A DNA stretch of 63,522 nucleotides, filler included, from 4 parts of 4 records of this genome joined end to end with filler, not necessarily neighbours in it; one strand, 5' to 3'; positions 50,053-60,328 are shown, counted from the first letter of the whole stretch. Numbers and translations are program-made. Notes: a model not told the origin generated them from the sequence alone.

Positions 50053-51750
50053 TTAATATCCTCTCGCTCCTCCATCTTCACTGGAAGAATCAGAAGCCCC
50101 TGTGTATAGTTTGGTGGAGGCATCGTAGGTGATGCCCATCAAGACACCAATATTGGTAGTCGGTCTGAGTGTATGCCCCATTTTCTGAAGCGCATCCCGT
50201 GTGTCTGGAGAAAGTAGATTGTGCTCAAATAAGATCATATCTGGCAGCCACTGATGATGGATTTTCATGGCTTCGATAGCTCTATCGATGCGCATATCAT
50301 AAGCCAAGACATTCAGCACCGTTTGGAAAACCGTGTTGATGATTGTTCTTCCTCCTGGGCTACCGATTACTAAATAAGGCTTGCCGTCTTTCGCTACAAT
50401 TGTCGGCGTCATGCTAGAAAGCATACGTTTCTCAGGAGCAACCAAGTTAGGGTCGGAACCGATTTGACCGGTGGAAGTCGTCTGACCAGGAACAGGGTTA
50501 AAATCCCCCATCTCATTGTTGAAAATAAAGCCTAATTTATCAGAGCCCATTTTCACGCCATAGGAATTTTCCAAGGTATAGGTCATCGAGATAGCATTGC
50601 CATCTTTGTCTACAACTGAAAAATGAGTGGTGTGGTCACCGCCGTAAGGATGTCCATACTGGGCAGGATCAGAAATGGAAGCTTTGTTCATGTCCAGATT
50701 TTCAAATCTCTTTTTTGCAAAATCCTTCGAAAGCAATTTATCCAATGGCATTTCAGGATTGAAATCAGGATCTCCCAGGTGCTCAGCTCTATCTGCAAAA
50801 GCTCTTCTCATCGCCTCAGCAACTAAATGAACATAGGCCGTAGAGTTGAATTCGATCTCTGTGATATTAGCTTCCTCCATCAGATTCATCATCTCGATCA
50901 GCGCCACTCCTCCTGAACTTGGCGGAGGCATAGAATAAATATCATAGCCATTGAAAGTCCCCTGTACAGGTTCACGCTCCACAGCCTCATATTTTTCTAA
51001 ATCTTCTTTGGTGATGATTCCACCATTGGCTTTCATGTAGTCTTCAATTTCCTGAGCGACTACACCTTTATAGAATCCATTGCGACCATGTTTTTCTATC
51101 TGTTCAAGAGTTTTGGCTAAGGCAGGTTGCTTCCAAGTTTCGCCAGGTTTTACGATTTCACCGTTTTCTCCTCGGAAATAATTTTTCATGATATCCTCTG
51201 AAGGATCGTTATCTGATACTCTCACGGCTGCATTGTATAAACCATAGGTCATGGTAAATCCTTTCTTCGCAAGATCGACTGATGGTCTTACCAAATCAGC
51301 CCAAGGCAATTTGCCGTATTTCTGATGTGCTTGATAAAGTCCCGCTACCGTCCCTGGTACCCCTACAGCCAACAGTCCTTTATGATTTGAATTGTCTTTT
51401 ATCTCACCCTTTTCATCAAGAAACATGGTTGGACTTGCTGCCAAAGGAGCTTTTTCACGAAAATCGAATGTGGTCACATCTCCCGTTGATTTCATGAAAA
51501 CCATAAAACCACCGCCTCCAATATTCCCTGCTTCTGGGTGAGTGACTTCCAGTGCGAAAGCCGTAGCGATTGCTGCGTCGACAGCATTTCCTCCCTTTTT
51601 CAAAATGTCGACGCCTACCTGTGAAGCGATGACATTATCAGATACGACCATTCCATTTTCTGCAATGGTTTGGGCATTTACTGAATTGATTAAAAATAGG
51701 AGTAGCAATGAAAAGCCAAATGCTACATTTTTAGTAAAGATGTTTTTCAT
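50053..51750 (-). CDS. ggt: Gamma-glutamyltransferase
   Basis: GGNAVDAAIA, GNIGGGGF, DFREKAP, HTTHFSVVD, NNEMGDF, LSSMTP, GSPGG; start at ATG 51750. Confidence 0.95.
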   Translation of the reverse strand: MKNIFTKNVAFGFSLLLLFLINSVNAQTIAENGMVVSDNVIASQVGVDILKKGGNAVDAAIATAFALEVTHPEAGNIGGGGFMVFMKSTGDVTTFDFREKAPLAASPTMFLDEKGEIKDNSNHKGLLAVGVPGTVAGLYQAHQKYGKLPWADLVRPSVDLAKKGFTMTYGLYNAAVRVSDNDPSEDIMKNYFRGENGEIVKPGETWKQPALAKTLEQIEKHGRNGFYKGVVAQEIEDYMKANGGIITKEDLEKYEAVEREPVQGTFNGYDIYSMPPPSSGGVALIEMMNLMEEANITEIEFNSTAYVHLVAEAMRRAFADRAEHLGDPDFNPEMPLDKLLSKDFAKKRFENLDMNKASISDPAQYGHPYGGDHTTHFSVVDKDGNAISMTYTLENSYGVKMGSDKLGFIFNNEMGDFNPVPGQTTSTGQIGSDPNLVAPEKRMLSSMTPTIVAKDGKPYLVIGSPGGRTIINTVFQTVLNVLAYDMRIDRAIEAMKIHHQWLPDMILFEHNLLSPDTRDALQKMGHTLRPTTNIGVLMGITYDASTKLYTGASDSSSEDGGARGY

Positions 51751-51945
51751 ATGATTAAAGTTGGTTGTGATAGTGGTTTTAGTAAAAATAAGAGAAAATA
51801 CCACATCAATACCAAGAGTTCTGATAAACGGGAATTGGCTGGCAAATGAAGATCAGCTGTTATAATACAGAGAAGAAATTAATTCTGAGTCTTTATCGTG
51901 GCCAGTCTGTGATTAACCATGATTCGTACTATGTCTCTATTGAAA

Positions 51946-52045
51946 NNNNNNNNNNNNNNNNNNNNNNNNNNNNNNNNNNNNNNNNNNNNTTAATTAATTA
52001 ANNNNNNNNNNNNNNNNNNNNNNNNNNNNNNNNNNNNNNNNNNNN
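51946..52045. other. Artificial contig spacer
   Basis: 44 N + TTAATTAATTAA + 44 N. Confidence 0.98.
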
Positions 52046-52920
52046 CCCTTCATCAGGCCGAGCCAGTTGCGATAGACCAGCGTCTTGTCTTCCGCGTCGA
52101 CGGCGGCGATCGAATCCTCGCAGTCCATGATGGCGGTGACCGCCGATTCGAGGATCACGTCGGACACGTTCGCCTTGTCGGTCTTGCCGATGACGCTCGC
52201 CGGATCGACGCAAACCACCGAATGCAGGCCGTTCTTCATGAAATAGAGCCGATAGGCGTGATCGCCATCGCGCTTGAAGCCCGTGTACTGGCTTTCATCG
52301 AGCAGCGTCGTTTCGCCGTTTGCGGTTTCGATCTTCAGTTCGCCGTTTTCGAAATCGAAGCCGATGACGTCGGCCCAGCTGGCGCCCTTCAGCGGCACGC
52401 TGTCATCGAGGAACGCCTTGGCCCAGGCGATGACCCGGCCGCCGCGCTCCTCGTCATAGCCACCGGCCTTGGGCAGATCGCCAAGCGCATCGGTGCCGTA
52501 GAGCGCGTCATAGAGCGAACCCCAGCGCGCGTTTGCGGCGTTGAGGGCGAAGCGGGCGTTCATCACCGGAACCACCAGCTGCGGGCCAGCGATCAGGGCG
52601 ATTTCGGGGTCGACATTTTCGGTCGAAACCTGGACCGGACCGCCCTCGGGCAGCAGATAGCCGATCGAGGTCAGGAAATCCTTGTAGACAGCCATGTCGA
52701 CCGGCGCGCCGTTTTCGCTGTACCAGGCGTCGATCTTCTCCTGCAATGCGTCGCGCCTGGAGAGCAGCGCCCGGTTTTTCGGCGCCAGATCGGAAACGGC
52801 CTGGCCAACCGCCTCAAAAAAACTGTCTGCTTCCACACCGGTGCCCGGCATTGCTTCGTTGACGATGAAGTCGTGCAGGTCGGCGCTGATTTTCAGGCCA
52901 TTCTTTTCGATTCTTGTCAC
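52046..52920 (-). CDS. glcB: Malate synthase G (5' part; truncated at contig end)
   Basis: [51 protein letters not shown] start with GGAGG Shine-Dalgarno. Confidence 0.93.
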
Positions 52921-53040
52921 TTTGACCTCCGTATTGCGGACGCAATCCCACGCATCCAGACTCTGGAGAGACCCTGCCGGGCGGCTCATTGCCTGTCAAT
53001 TCATCGATAGTGCAAATGATTTATTCCAAAATGGAACAAA

Positions 53041-55044
53041 TCAACCGGCAGCTATGCGCGGACGTCCCGAGGCCGTGGCAATGAAACGGGCTTCGACAAG
53101 CTTTTCCAGACCCTCGATCACCGGCATGTCAATATGGTCGCTGAGCTCGACCACGGGATGATCCGCGCCGCTGCGGATAGCAGCGAGGCGCGCTTCGGTG
53201 CCCGCCAGATCGCGCGCCCGGGCAAAGGCATCGGCGCGGTCCTTGAATATCTGATGCTCGCCTGCGCCATTGACCGCATAGCGGCCCTCGTCGGGTTCGG
53301 TCACGAACACGGTTACGGTTTCGCGCACCTGGCCAACCACCGCGCCCACCGCATTGGCGACGCCGGCATGAACCGGCACGAAACTCTCGATATCGAGCAT
53401 GTCGGCAACGGCCGGGTAGTGCACCGGCGCCGATGCGCCGAGCGCCACCAATGGCCGGTCCGGCCGGATGCCGAAGCGGATCAGGCCCGGCGCCCGCGTC
53501 AGCGCGCGTTCGATGAAGGCCGATTTTGCCACGTCAATTCCGGCAATGCCCTCATCCGCCAGGAGCGCGGTCAACACGGCTTCCGCACTCTGGCGGGTCA
53601 GGCGCGCCGAGACCCTTTCGGCGAGATCTGACGGTGATTCCGCGACCGGCCGGCCGGAACCGGCCTTGCGGCGGCAAAACACCTCGGCGCCAAGCCGCGC
53701 GGCCTCGGCGTTCCACTGGTCCTGACGGCCCAGCACATGCATCGCGTCGGACGGCGTGAAACCGGAGATCAACACCAGTCCGCGCGCCACCAGCCGGTCG
53801 AGCGTGGCTCGCTGGGATGTCGAGGTCAGCACCACGTCAAGCGGCTGCGGCTCGAGCGTTATCCGCTCGTAAAGCGAGGCTTCCTGGGCGGTCAGGCCGG
53901 CGGCCAGCGCCTTGGGCAGGCCGGTGCGCAGGGCAAACCGGCCATCGTAGCGACCGGGGAAGGCGGCCTGCGCCTGCCGCTCGAGACCGGTAAGGACCGG
54001 CTGCGGCCAGAGATGGGCCGCAAGGCTCAACGGCATCAGCCGGCGCGGACCGAGGGTCAATCCCGCTTCAAAGCCGCCCTCCTCCAGCCGCAGCTCGGAA
54101 TCGCCGCCAAGCCCGAACGTGTGCATGGCCACCGCCTCGACCATGGTCCGGTAGCGGCCGACGGTGGCGCCTTCGCCGTCAAGACGCGGAATTCCGCCGT
54201 CGAGCACGGCAACATCGGTGGTGGTGCCGCCGATGTCGGACACGACAGCATTGTCGAGCCCGGTCAGATGCCGGGCGCCGACGAGACTTGCCGCCGGACC
54301 GGAGAGGATCGTCTCGATCGGCCGCATCAGCGCCTCGGCGGCTGATATCAGCGCGCCGTCGCCGCGCACCACCATCAACGGCGCCTTAATGCCGCGGCTC
54401 GCAAGATAGCCGCTGGTGGCGTCGATCAGGCGGGCCACCATCGATATCAGCCGGGCATTCAGCAACGTGGTCAAGGCCCGACGCGGACCGCCAAGCCGGG
54501 AGGACAGGTCGTGGCTGCAGGTAACCGGCAAAGATGTTCGACGTCGTACCAGGTCACGCACCGCGATCTCGTGGGCGGGATTGCGAACCGCGAAATAGCC
54601 GGCGATCGCCACCGCCGAGACTTCCTCGCTCAAGGCGTCAATCTGTGCTTCGAGAGGGGCGAGATCGAGCGGCGTCTCGTTGCCGTGGACATTGTGGCCG
54701 CCGGACAGGTAGATCACCGGATCCGTGCCCAGGGCTTCCGCCAGCCCGTCACGCGCCAGATCCTGCGGTCCGAAACCGATCATCACAAGTCCCGCGCGTC
54801 CGCCCTGACCTTCAACCAGCGCATTGGTGGCGAGCGTGGTCGAGAGCGAGACCAGCCGGATCCGCGAAACGGCGCCGCCGATCTCGGACAGGACGGTTTC
54901 AACCGCGCCGGAAACCCCGATCGCAAGATCATGGCGGGTGGTCAGCGCCTTTGCCGAGGCCAGAACCCCTTCGGTCTCGCTGTAGAGAACGGCGTCGGTG
55001 TAGGTGCCGCCGGTGTCGATGCCGAGAAAAAGGGGGGATGTCAT
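53041..55044 (-). CDS. Hydantoinase/oxoprolinase family protein (HyuA-like)
   Basis: GIDTGGTYTDA, STTLATNALVE, ETILSGPAAS, DIGGTTTD, GLGGDS, TPSDA, VANAVGA; start at ATG 55044. Confidence 0.9.
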   Translation of the reverse strand: MTSPLFLGIDTGGTYTDAVLYSETEGVLASAKALTTRHDLAIGVSGAVETVLSEIGGAVSRIRLVSLSTTLATNALVEGQGGRAGLVMIGFGPQDLARDGLAEALGTDPVIYLSGGHNVHGNETPLDLAPLEAQIDALSEEVSAVAIAGYFAVRNPAHEIAVRDLVRRRTSLPVTCSHDLSSRLGGPRRALTTLLNARLISMVARLIDATSGYLASRGIKAPLMVVRGDGALISAAEALMRPIETILSGPAASLVGARHLTGLDNAVVSDIGGTTTDVAVLDGGIPRLDGEGATVGRYRTMVEAVAMHTFGLGGDSELRLEEGGFEAGLTLGPRRLMPLSLAAHLWPQPVLTGLERQAQAAFPGRYDGRFALRTGLPKALAAGLTAQEASLYERITLEPQPLDVVLTSTSQRATLDRLVARGLVLISGFTPSDAMHVLGRQDQWNAEAARLGAEVFCRRKAGSGRPVAESPSDLAERVSARLTRQSAEAVLTALLADEGIAGIDVAKSAFIERALTRAPGLIRFGIRPDRPLVALGASAPVHYPAVADMLDIESFVPVHAGVANAVGAVVGQVRETVTVFVTEPDEGRYAVNGAGEHQIFKDRADAFARARDLAGTEARLAAIRSGADHPVVELSDHIDMPVIEGLEKLVEARFIATASGRPRIAAG

Positions 55045-55155
55045 GATTTGCGGTCCCATCAAGCGCCTTGGCTCACCACAGAGCCCGAACGCGTCATAAT
55101 GTGGTTTTAGCGGGGGCGCCACCTTGTTGGTCGCCTTGCCATCCCAATATGTTAT

Positions 55156-55482
55156 CTATCCAACTTGTGCCGCAAGTGTGTTGAGAATAGCCTTGCCCTT
55201 GGGTGTCAGGTGGAGCTTCCGGGAGCGCCGGTCGTCCAGGTCGACTTTCGCCACAATTACATTGTGGCCGGAACGACCTTTCCTGTGAACATCCGACAGC
55301 GCCGCCACGTTACGGGAAGCAGCAGCGCCCGAGAGGCCCAGCCAGCTGCCCAACTCCTTGACGGTGCAACCCTCATTCTTGGCGATGAGCAAAAACGCCA
55401 TCGCAGTCTGCATCTGCATTTCAGCGTCCATCTTCCGGAACTCTTCAATAATGGACGTAAGTCTGGTCAGGTCTTTGATCAT
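55156..55482 (-). CDS. MarR-like winged-helix protein of the type seen in T7-like temperate phages
   Basis: EGCTVKELGSWLGLSGAAASRNV HTH, wing DLDDRRSRKLHLTPKG, insertion HRKGRSG; AGGAGG Shine-Dalgarno 10 nt upstream. Confidence 0.8.
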   Translation of the reverse strand: MIKDLTRLTSIIEEFRKMDAEMQMQTAMAFLLIAKNEGCTVKELGSWLGLSGAAASRNVAALSDVHRKGRSGHNVIVAKVDLDDRRSRKLHLTPKGKAILNTLAAQVG

Positions 55483-55527
55483 TTCGGCATGACCTCCTCT
55501 CTGTTGTGTCTCTCCTTGACTTTGCCT

Positions 55528-55544
55528 GGAAGTGATTCACTTCC
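55528..55544. promoter_or_regulatory. Perfect 17-bp palindrome, candidate operator of the MarR-like gene
   Basis: GGAAGTGA-T-TCACTTCC, 45 bp upstream of the start codon. Confidence 0.55.
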
Positions 55545-55556
55545 GAGTGTATCAGC

Positions 55557-56166
55557 CTACCTGCGACTGACCCGCATTGGCAGGCCGCCCTCGGGCTGGG
55601 TGGTGAGTTTCTGCACCGGCCAGGGCCTGGTCTTGTCGGTGCAGTCGAAGCGGTAATCCTTCAACAGCACGCCGAGCGCAATCACCGCTTCCTGCAGCGC
55701 AAAGGTGGCGCCTATGCAGATGCGCGGGCCGACGCCGAAGGGCAAATACTGGAACCGGTCGATGCTGCCGCGGTTTTCCGGCAGGAAACGGGACGGGATA
55801 TAGGCTCCGGGGCGGTCCCAAAGCCTGGTGTGCCGGTGCAGGGTCCACGGCATCACCAGGATCGTGGTGCCGGCCTCGATGGTCACGGTCTCGCCCTCGC
55901 CATTGTCCCAGCTGTCATCGGCAATCGCAGCACGGTTGATCGAGGGGGCCGGCGGATAAAGCCGCATTGCCTCCTCGAAGGCAGCGCGGGTCCAGGGCAT
56001 TGCATCAAGCCACTTGACCGGATCGGGCTCGCGGGCCAGCACCTCGTCGATCTCCGCCTCGACCTTCTCGCGGTCGGATGGCGAATTGGCCAGGCAATAA
56101 AGTGTCCAGCCGAGTGCCCGCGCCGTGGTTTCATGACCGGCGCCGATGAAGGTGATGATGTTGTCC
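55557..56166 (-). CDS. Cytochrome P450 (3' part; 5' end lost at contig end)
   Basis: I-helix AGHETT, EAMRLYPP (ExxR), PSRF, heme ligand PFGVGPRICIG; frame is open up to the gap. Confidence 0.93.
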
Positions 56167-56266
56167 NNNNNNNNNNNNNNNNNNNNNNNNNNNNNNNNNN
56201 NNNNNNNNNNTTAATTAATTAANNNNNNNNNNNNNNNNNNNNNNNNNNNNNNNNNNNNNNNNNNNN
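56167..56266. other. Artificial contig spacer
   Basis: 44 N + TTAATTAATTAA + 44 N. Confidence 0.98.
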
Positions 56267-56850
56267 AAGGTAGTCTCCTTATAGTTGTCCAAGCTGGAGC
56301 CGTGGCTTCCCATGTGAATTTGAAAATTAGTGTTTTCCGGTACTGTTGAGGACGTGAACGTACCTTCAAAATTTAGGAACTTATATCCTGCTTGCCAAGA
56401 CCACATCATCTCAGTACTTTCGGCTTCGGTCAACAAATCACCTTGGCCTTCTGCCCCCAAAAGGTATTTTTCTTGGTCCACACCTATACCAAAGGTCATA
56501 GAGGTATACCTCCCGGCGGGAACATCCATCAAAACCACTTCAGTATTACCAGTTTCTTCGCTTGTTATGAAATAGCCCGCTTCTTTAGGGTAAGTAAACA
56601 CATTACCTTGGGTATCGGTGAGCCTAAAATTGCTCACTATGTAATTAAGGCGGTTTATGGTCAAGGTCTCAGCTTGGGAGTTGGTGTACGAAGAGCCCAA
56701 AATAAGGTCGTCTCCTGCAACACTATTGTCAAATTCAATTTTGACCATTCCCGATCCCGTTAGTTCGTCTCGGGAAGAATCGTCATCACTACAAGAGGTT
56801 ACAGAAACAAATAGAAACAGTAAGGTGGATAATTTATATAATGATTTCAT
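56267..56850 (-). CDS. MbnP-family copper-binding lipoprotein (3' truncated)
   Basis: Lipobox VTSC; YIVSNF, FGIGVD, MMWSWQAGYKF (WxW motif), HMGSHG. Confidence 0.82.
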
Positions 56851-57018
56851 TTTAATTCAAATATTAAGGTTATGGGAAATCCTTCATAATGGTTTGGATT
56901 TCCTGTTAAAATTAATTGCGCAGCATTGGATGGTGGACGGTATGAACATCACCAAATACTTTTGCATAGGACTATGACCCCAAAATGGAAAATAGCCTTA
57001 GAACCAATAAAATTTGAA

Positions 57019-57387
57019 TCAACAGTTGGGCGGGTGAAAAACAGATTGAGCGAACTGCCTGGGATCACTCGGTATAAATTCGGGCAACTTGTTCGTTTCC
57101 GATATAATTTCCACAAAATCACAGAAAAGGATGTTCACAAAACCGATTGGATATTCCTCTAAATTAATGGATGGCAAATTTTGCCTTTTCTCGTCCTGTT
57201 CCTCTTGTAGCATTTTGGCCAAATAACACTTTCCGTTACAATTCAACATGGGCTTGTCCTTGTTCACACAAAGGTATTCCGCAATATAATCTTGGTTCAC
57301 CATATATTCGAACACGGGCATAACAGGCCGCAACATGGCCATTATATATAAAAGTGTGAATACTATGGGAAGACTGCGGTTCGTCAA
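57019..57387 (-). CDS. Cys-rich small protein ending in HPP (DUF2946/CruR-like leader candidate)
   Basis: N-terminal hydrophobic helix, NQDYIAEYLCVNKDKPMLNCNGKCYL, C-terminal VFHPPNC; TTG start; -7 box TATCTTTG at 57410-57417 on the minus strand. Confidence 0.75.
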   Translation of the reverse strand: MTNRSLPIVFTLLYIMAMLRPVMPVFEYMVNQDYIAEYLCVNKDKPMLNCNGKCYLAKMLQEEQDEKRQNLPSINLEEYPIGFVNILFCDFVEIISETNKLPEFIPSDPRQFAQSVFHPPNC

Positions 57388-57467
57388 CGAAAACGATTAT
57401 TTGGTATTGCAAAGATAAAACAGGATAGTTGCAATCTTAAGAAGATCATGCAAATTAATTTTCTTTT

Positions 57468-57959
57468 TTAAGCGGCCAGCAACTCCTTTTCCAATGCAAT
57501 AAAATGGGTGGGGTCTCCCTTAGAACCGTAGATTGGAAAGATGTTGATTTGGCAACGATAGGCTTCCCCACTCTTTCTATAATTTACTATGGCCCCTTTG
57601 TAGCAATGATGGGACACAAGCTGCTCTTTAATCTGCCTTTTAATCATTTTTGATGTTTCGGCTCCTTGCAGAAAACTAGGTTTTTTTCCCAATGCATATT
57701 TTTTATGGTAGCCTGTCATTTCTGTAAAACCCTCGTTTACCCAGACTATTGCTTGGTTTAAATCGGTAATCACCAAGGCATCATAATCCTCTGTCTTTAT
57801 AATCTGTTGGATGTTGTGGTCAATATCGTTTCTCAAGAGTGATTTCATCTGCTTCAAATCAACTTCTTTTTTGAGTTGCAACATCAACTTGTGATAATTT
57901 TCCAAATAAAAGTCGAAACTGAGCAATGGTGAAATGCGGATGTTACTTTCGTTTACCAT
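57468..57959 (-). CDS. Stand-alone PAS/PAC domain protein (LOV-like, lacking the photoactive Cys)
   Basis: ALVITD...IVWVNEGFTEMTGY...GKKPSFLQG...NYRKSG...HFIALE; start at ATG 57959 because ATG 57989 lies within a hairpin. Confidence 0.82.
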   Translation of the reverse strand: MVNESNIRISPLLSFDFYLENYHKLMLQLKKEVDLKQMKSLLRNDIDHNIQQIIKTEDYDALVITDLNQAIVWVNEGFTEMTGYHKKYALGKKPSFLQGAETSKMIKRQIKEQLVSHHCYKGAIVNYRKSGEAYRCQINIFPIYGSKGDPTHFIALEKELLAA

Positions 57960-57974
57960 ATTCTTTTTGTTTAA

Positions 57975-57998
57975 GGGGCCAATACGCATATTGGCCCC
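57975..57998 (-). terminator. Hairpin downstream of metE (weak terminator or processing stem)
   Basis: GGGGCCAATA-CGCA-TATTGGCCCC; only TT follows on the minus strand. Confidence 0.5.
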
Positions 57999-58006
57999 AA
58001 TTTATT

Positions 58007-60328
58007 TTAATTTGATGGTTGACCAACAGTTTCTCTCATCTGCTGTGCTGCGGACACCATTATCTTTAACGCACTGATGGTTTCCTCCCAACCTCTGGTC
58101 TTTAGACCACAATCTGGATTTACCCACAATTTGGATGCTGGCAATACATTTTCTGCTTTTTGCAATAATTTGATGATCTCCTCCTCGGACGGAACCCTTG
58201 GAGAATGGATGTCGTACACCCCGGGACCAATATCGTTGGGATAATCAAACTCGGAAAAGGCATCCAACAATTCCATTTGGGAACGGGAGCATTCTATGGT
58301 TATCACATCGGCATCCATATCCGCAATGCTCTGAATAATGTCGTTGAACTCGGAATAACACATGTGGGTATGAATCTGTGTGGAATCCTTCACACCGCTC
58401 GTGGACAGTTTAAAGGCTCCTATCGCCCAGTCCAAATACGTTTGCCAGCCCTTTTTACGCAGGGGCAGACCTTCGCGAATTGCTGGTTCGTCTACTTGTA
58501 TTATGTTGATGCCCTCTTTTTCCAAATCAAGTACTTCGTCCAAAATGGCCAATGCAATTTGTTCGCAGGTCACGGAGCGTGCTTGGTCATCCCGGACAAA
58601 GGACCATTGCAAGATGGTTACCGGTCCCGTTAACATTCCCTTTACAGGTCTATTGGTCAATGATTGTGCAAACGATGTCCAAAAGACCGTCATGGGAACA
58701 GGTCTTGAAACATCCCCATAAATAATCGGTGGCTTAACACAGCGCGAACCGTAACTCTGCACCCAACCGTTTTGGGTAAACGTAAAGCCTTCCAACTGTT
58801 CTCCAAAGTATTCCACCATATCATTCCGTTCAAATTCGCCGTGAACGGGAACATCTAGGCCTATATTTTCTTGTAAACGAATGGTCTCAAACGTTTGTTC
58901 CATTAAAAAATTCACATACCCCTGCTCCGTAAGCTCTCCTTTTTTAAACAGTGACCTCTTTTGCCTAACTTCTTTCGTTTGTGGAAAGGAACCAATGGTT
59001 GTAGTAGGAAAAAGTGGCAATTTTAAATGTTCGTCCTGAAGGATTTTTCTTTTATCGAATGAGGACTCTCTACGGTAATCCTTGGCTTCCAAATGTTCGA
59101 GCCGTTGTTTTACCTTGGTTTTATGGATCAGTTTGGAATTACGTCTCTTTTCCATGGATGCGACATTGTCCAAAAATAGCTGTTGGTGCTTGTAGTCTGG
59201 ATTGTTCGCTAGTATTTTCAAGCTTTGGAGTTCTTCCAATTTCTGTTTGGCAAACGCCATCCAGTTCTTTATTTCGGTTGATAGAACCTCTTCATTTTGC
59301 TCCAAATCTAAATCATGGGGCACATGTAACAATGAACAGGACGGTGAAATAATGATACGTTCTTCCCCTAATTTTTCTTTGGCTTTCTGAATAAACCTTA
59401 GTGAGGATTCAAAATCATTTTTCCAGATATTTCTACCGTCAATAACACCTAATGACAAAGATGTACTTTGATGTAGCCTTCCCGTTTCCAAAACTTTATC
59501 CAAATCATCCGCTCCACGTCTTAAATCCAAATGCAGGGCACAAACAGGTAGGTTTAGGACGGTATCGAGGTTATCGCCATAATCGCCAAAATAACTGGCC
59601 AATAGGATTTTTAGGTTCGAAAATGCTTCTGTAATTCCATTATAGACTTTACCGATTGCTTCTTTTTCCTTTTCTGAAAGACCTGTGGAAAGTATAGGTT
59701 CATCAAACTGTACCCACGTTGCTCCTGCATCTGCCAGCATTTTCAAAATAGAATGATAGACGGGAAGTAATTTCGGTAAAAGATCAAGACGCTGGAAGCC
59801 TTCCTCTTTTTCCTTGCCCAACAATAAATAGGTCACAGGACCCAAAAGCACAGGTTTTGTCTGAATGCCCAGGTTTTTAGCTTCCTTAAACTCTTCCACG
59901 ATTTTTTGAGAGACCAATTCAAATTCTTGTTCTTTTGTAAATTCTGGGACAATGTAATGGTAGTTGGTATCGAACCATTTGGTCATTTCCATGGCGATGA
60001 CGTCCACTCCATCCTTTTGTAAACCCCTGGCCATCGCAAAATAGAGGTCCAAAATGTTCTTGCTTGACTTTTTAGCGTTTTTGTAACGCTCTGGAATGGC
60101 CCCGACCATTAAGGTGGTGTCCAAAACTTGATCGTAGAAGGAAAAATCGTTGGATGGAATCAGTTCGATTCCTTTCTCTTTTTGAAGCTTCCAGTTTTCC
60201 GTTCGGATACTTTTACCCGCCTCGATAAGGTCTTCCAAAGAAATTTTGTTGGACCAATACTTTTCGCAAGCTCTTTTCAGCTCACGGTGGGCCCCAATTC
60301 TAGGGTAGCCCAAATTGCTTGTTTTCAT
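58007..60328 (-). CDS. metE: Cobalamin-independent methionine synthase
   Basis: NLGYPRIG, EMTKWFDTNYHY, TTTIGSFPQT, HGEFERNDMVEYF, HTHMCYS, WVNPDCGLKTR. Confidence 0.98.
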   Translation of the reverse strand: MKTSNLGYPRIGAHRELKRACEKYWSNKISLEDLIEAGKSIRTENWKLQKEKGIELIPSNDFSFYDQVLDTTLMVGAIPERYKNAKKSSKNILDLYFAMARGLQKDGVDVIAMEMTKWFDTNYHYIVPEFTKEQEFELVSQKIVEEFKEAKNLGIQTKPVLLGPVTYLLLGKEKEEGFQRLDLLPKLLPVYHSILKMLADAGATWVQFDEPILSTGLSEKEKEAIGKVYNGITEAFSNLKILLASYFGDYGDNLDTVLNLPVCALHLDLRRGADDLDKVLETGRLHQSTSLSLGVIDGRNIWKNDFESSLRFIQKAKEKLGEERIIISPSCSLLHVPHDLDLEQNEEVLSTEIKNWMAFAKQKLEELQSLKILANNPDYKHQQLFLDNVASMEKRRNSKLIHKTKVKQRLEHLEAKDYRRESSFDKRKILQDEHLKLPLFPTTTIGSFPQTKEVRQKRSLFKKGELTEQGYVNFLMEQTFETIRLQENIGLDVPVHGEFERNDMVEYFGEQLEGFTFTQNGWVQSYGSRCVKPPIIYGDVSRPVPMTVFWTSFAQSLTNRPVKGMLTGPVTILQWSFVRDDQARSVTCEQIALAILDEVLDLEKEGINIIQVDEPAIREGLPLRKKGWQTYLDWAIGAFKLSTSGVKDSTQIHTHMCYSEFNDIIQSIADMDADVITIECSRSQMELLDAFSEFDYPNDIGPGVYDIHSPRVPSEEEIIKLLQKAENVLPASKLWVNPDCGLKTRGWEETISALKIMVSAAQQMRETVGQPSN

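Noticed and set aside
52046-56850. glcB, P450 and mbnP (also the FKBP at 31221) as pseudogenes
   Set aside because: Each frame is intact up to a contig edge, so truncation is an assembly effect
56894-56977. 27-aa minus-strand ORF (MQKYLVMFIPSTIQCCAINFNRKSKPL) between the leader ORF and mbnP
   Set aside because: Too short to support without conservation data; may be chance
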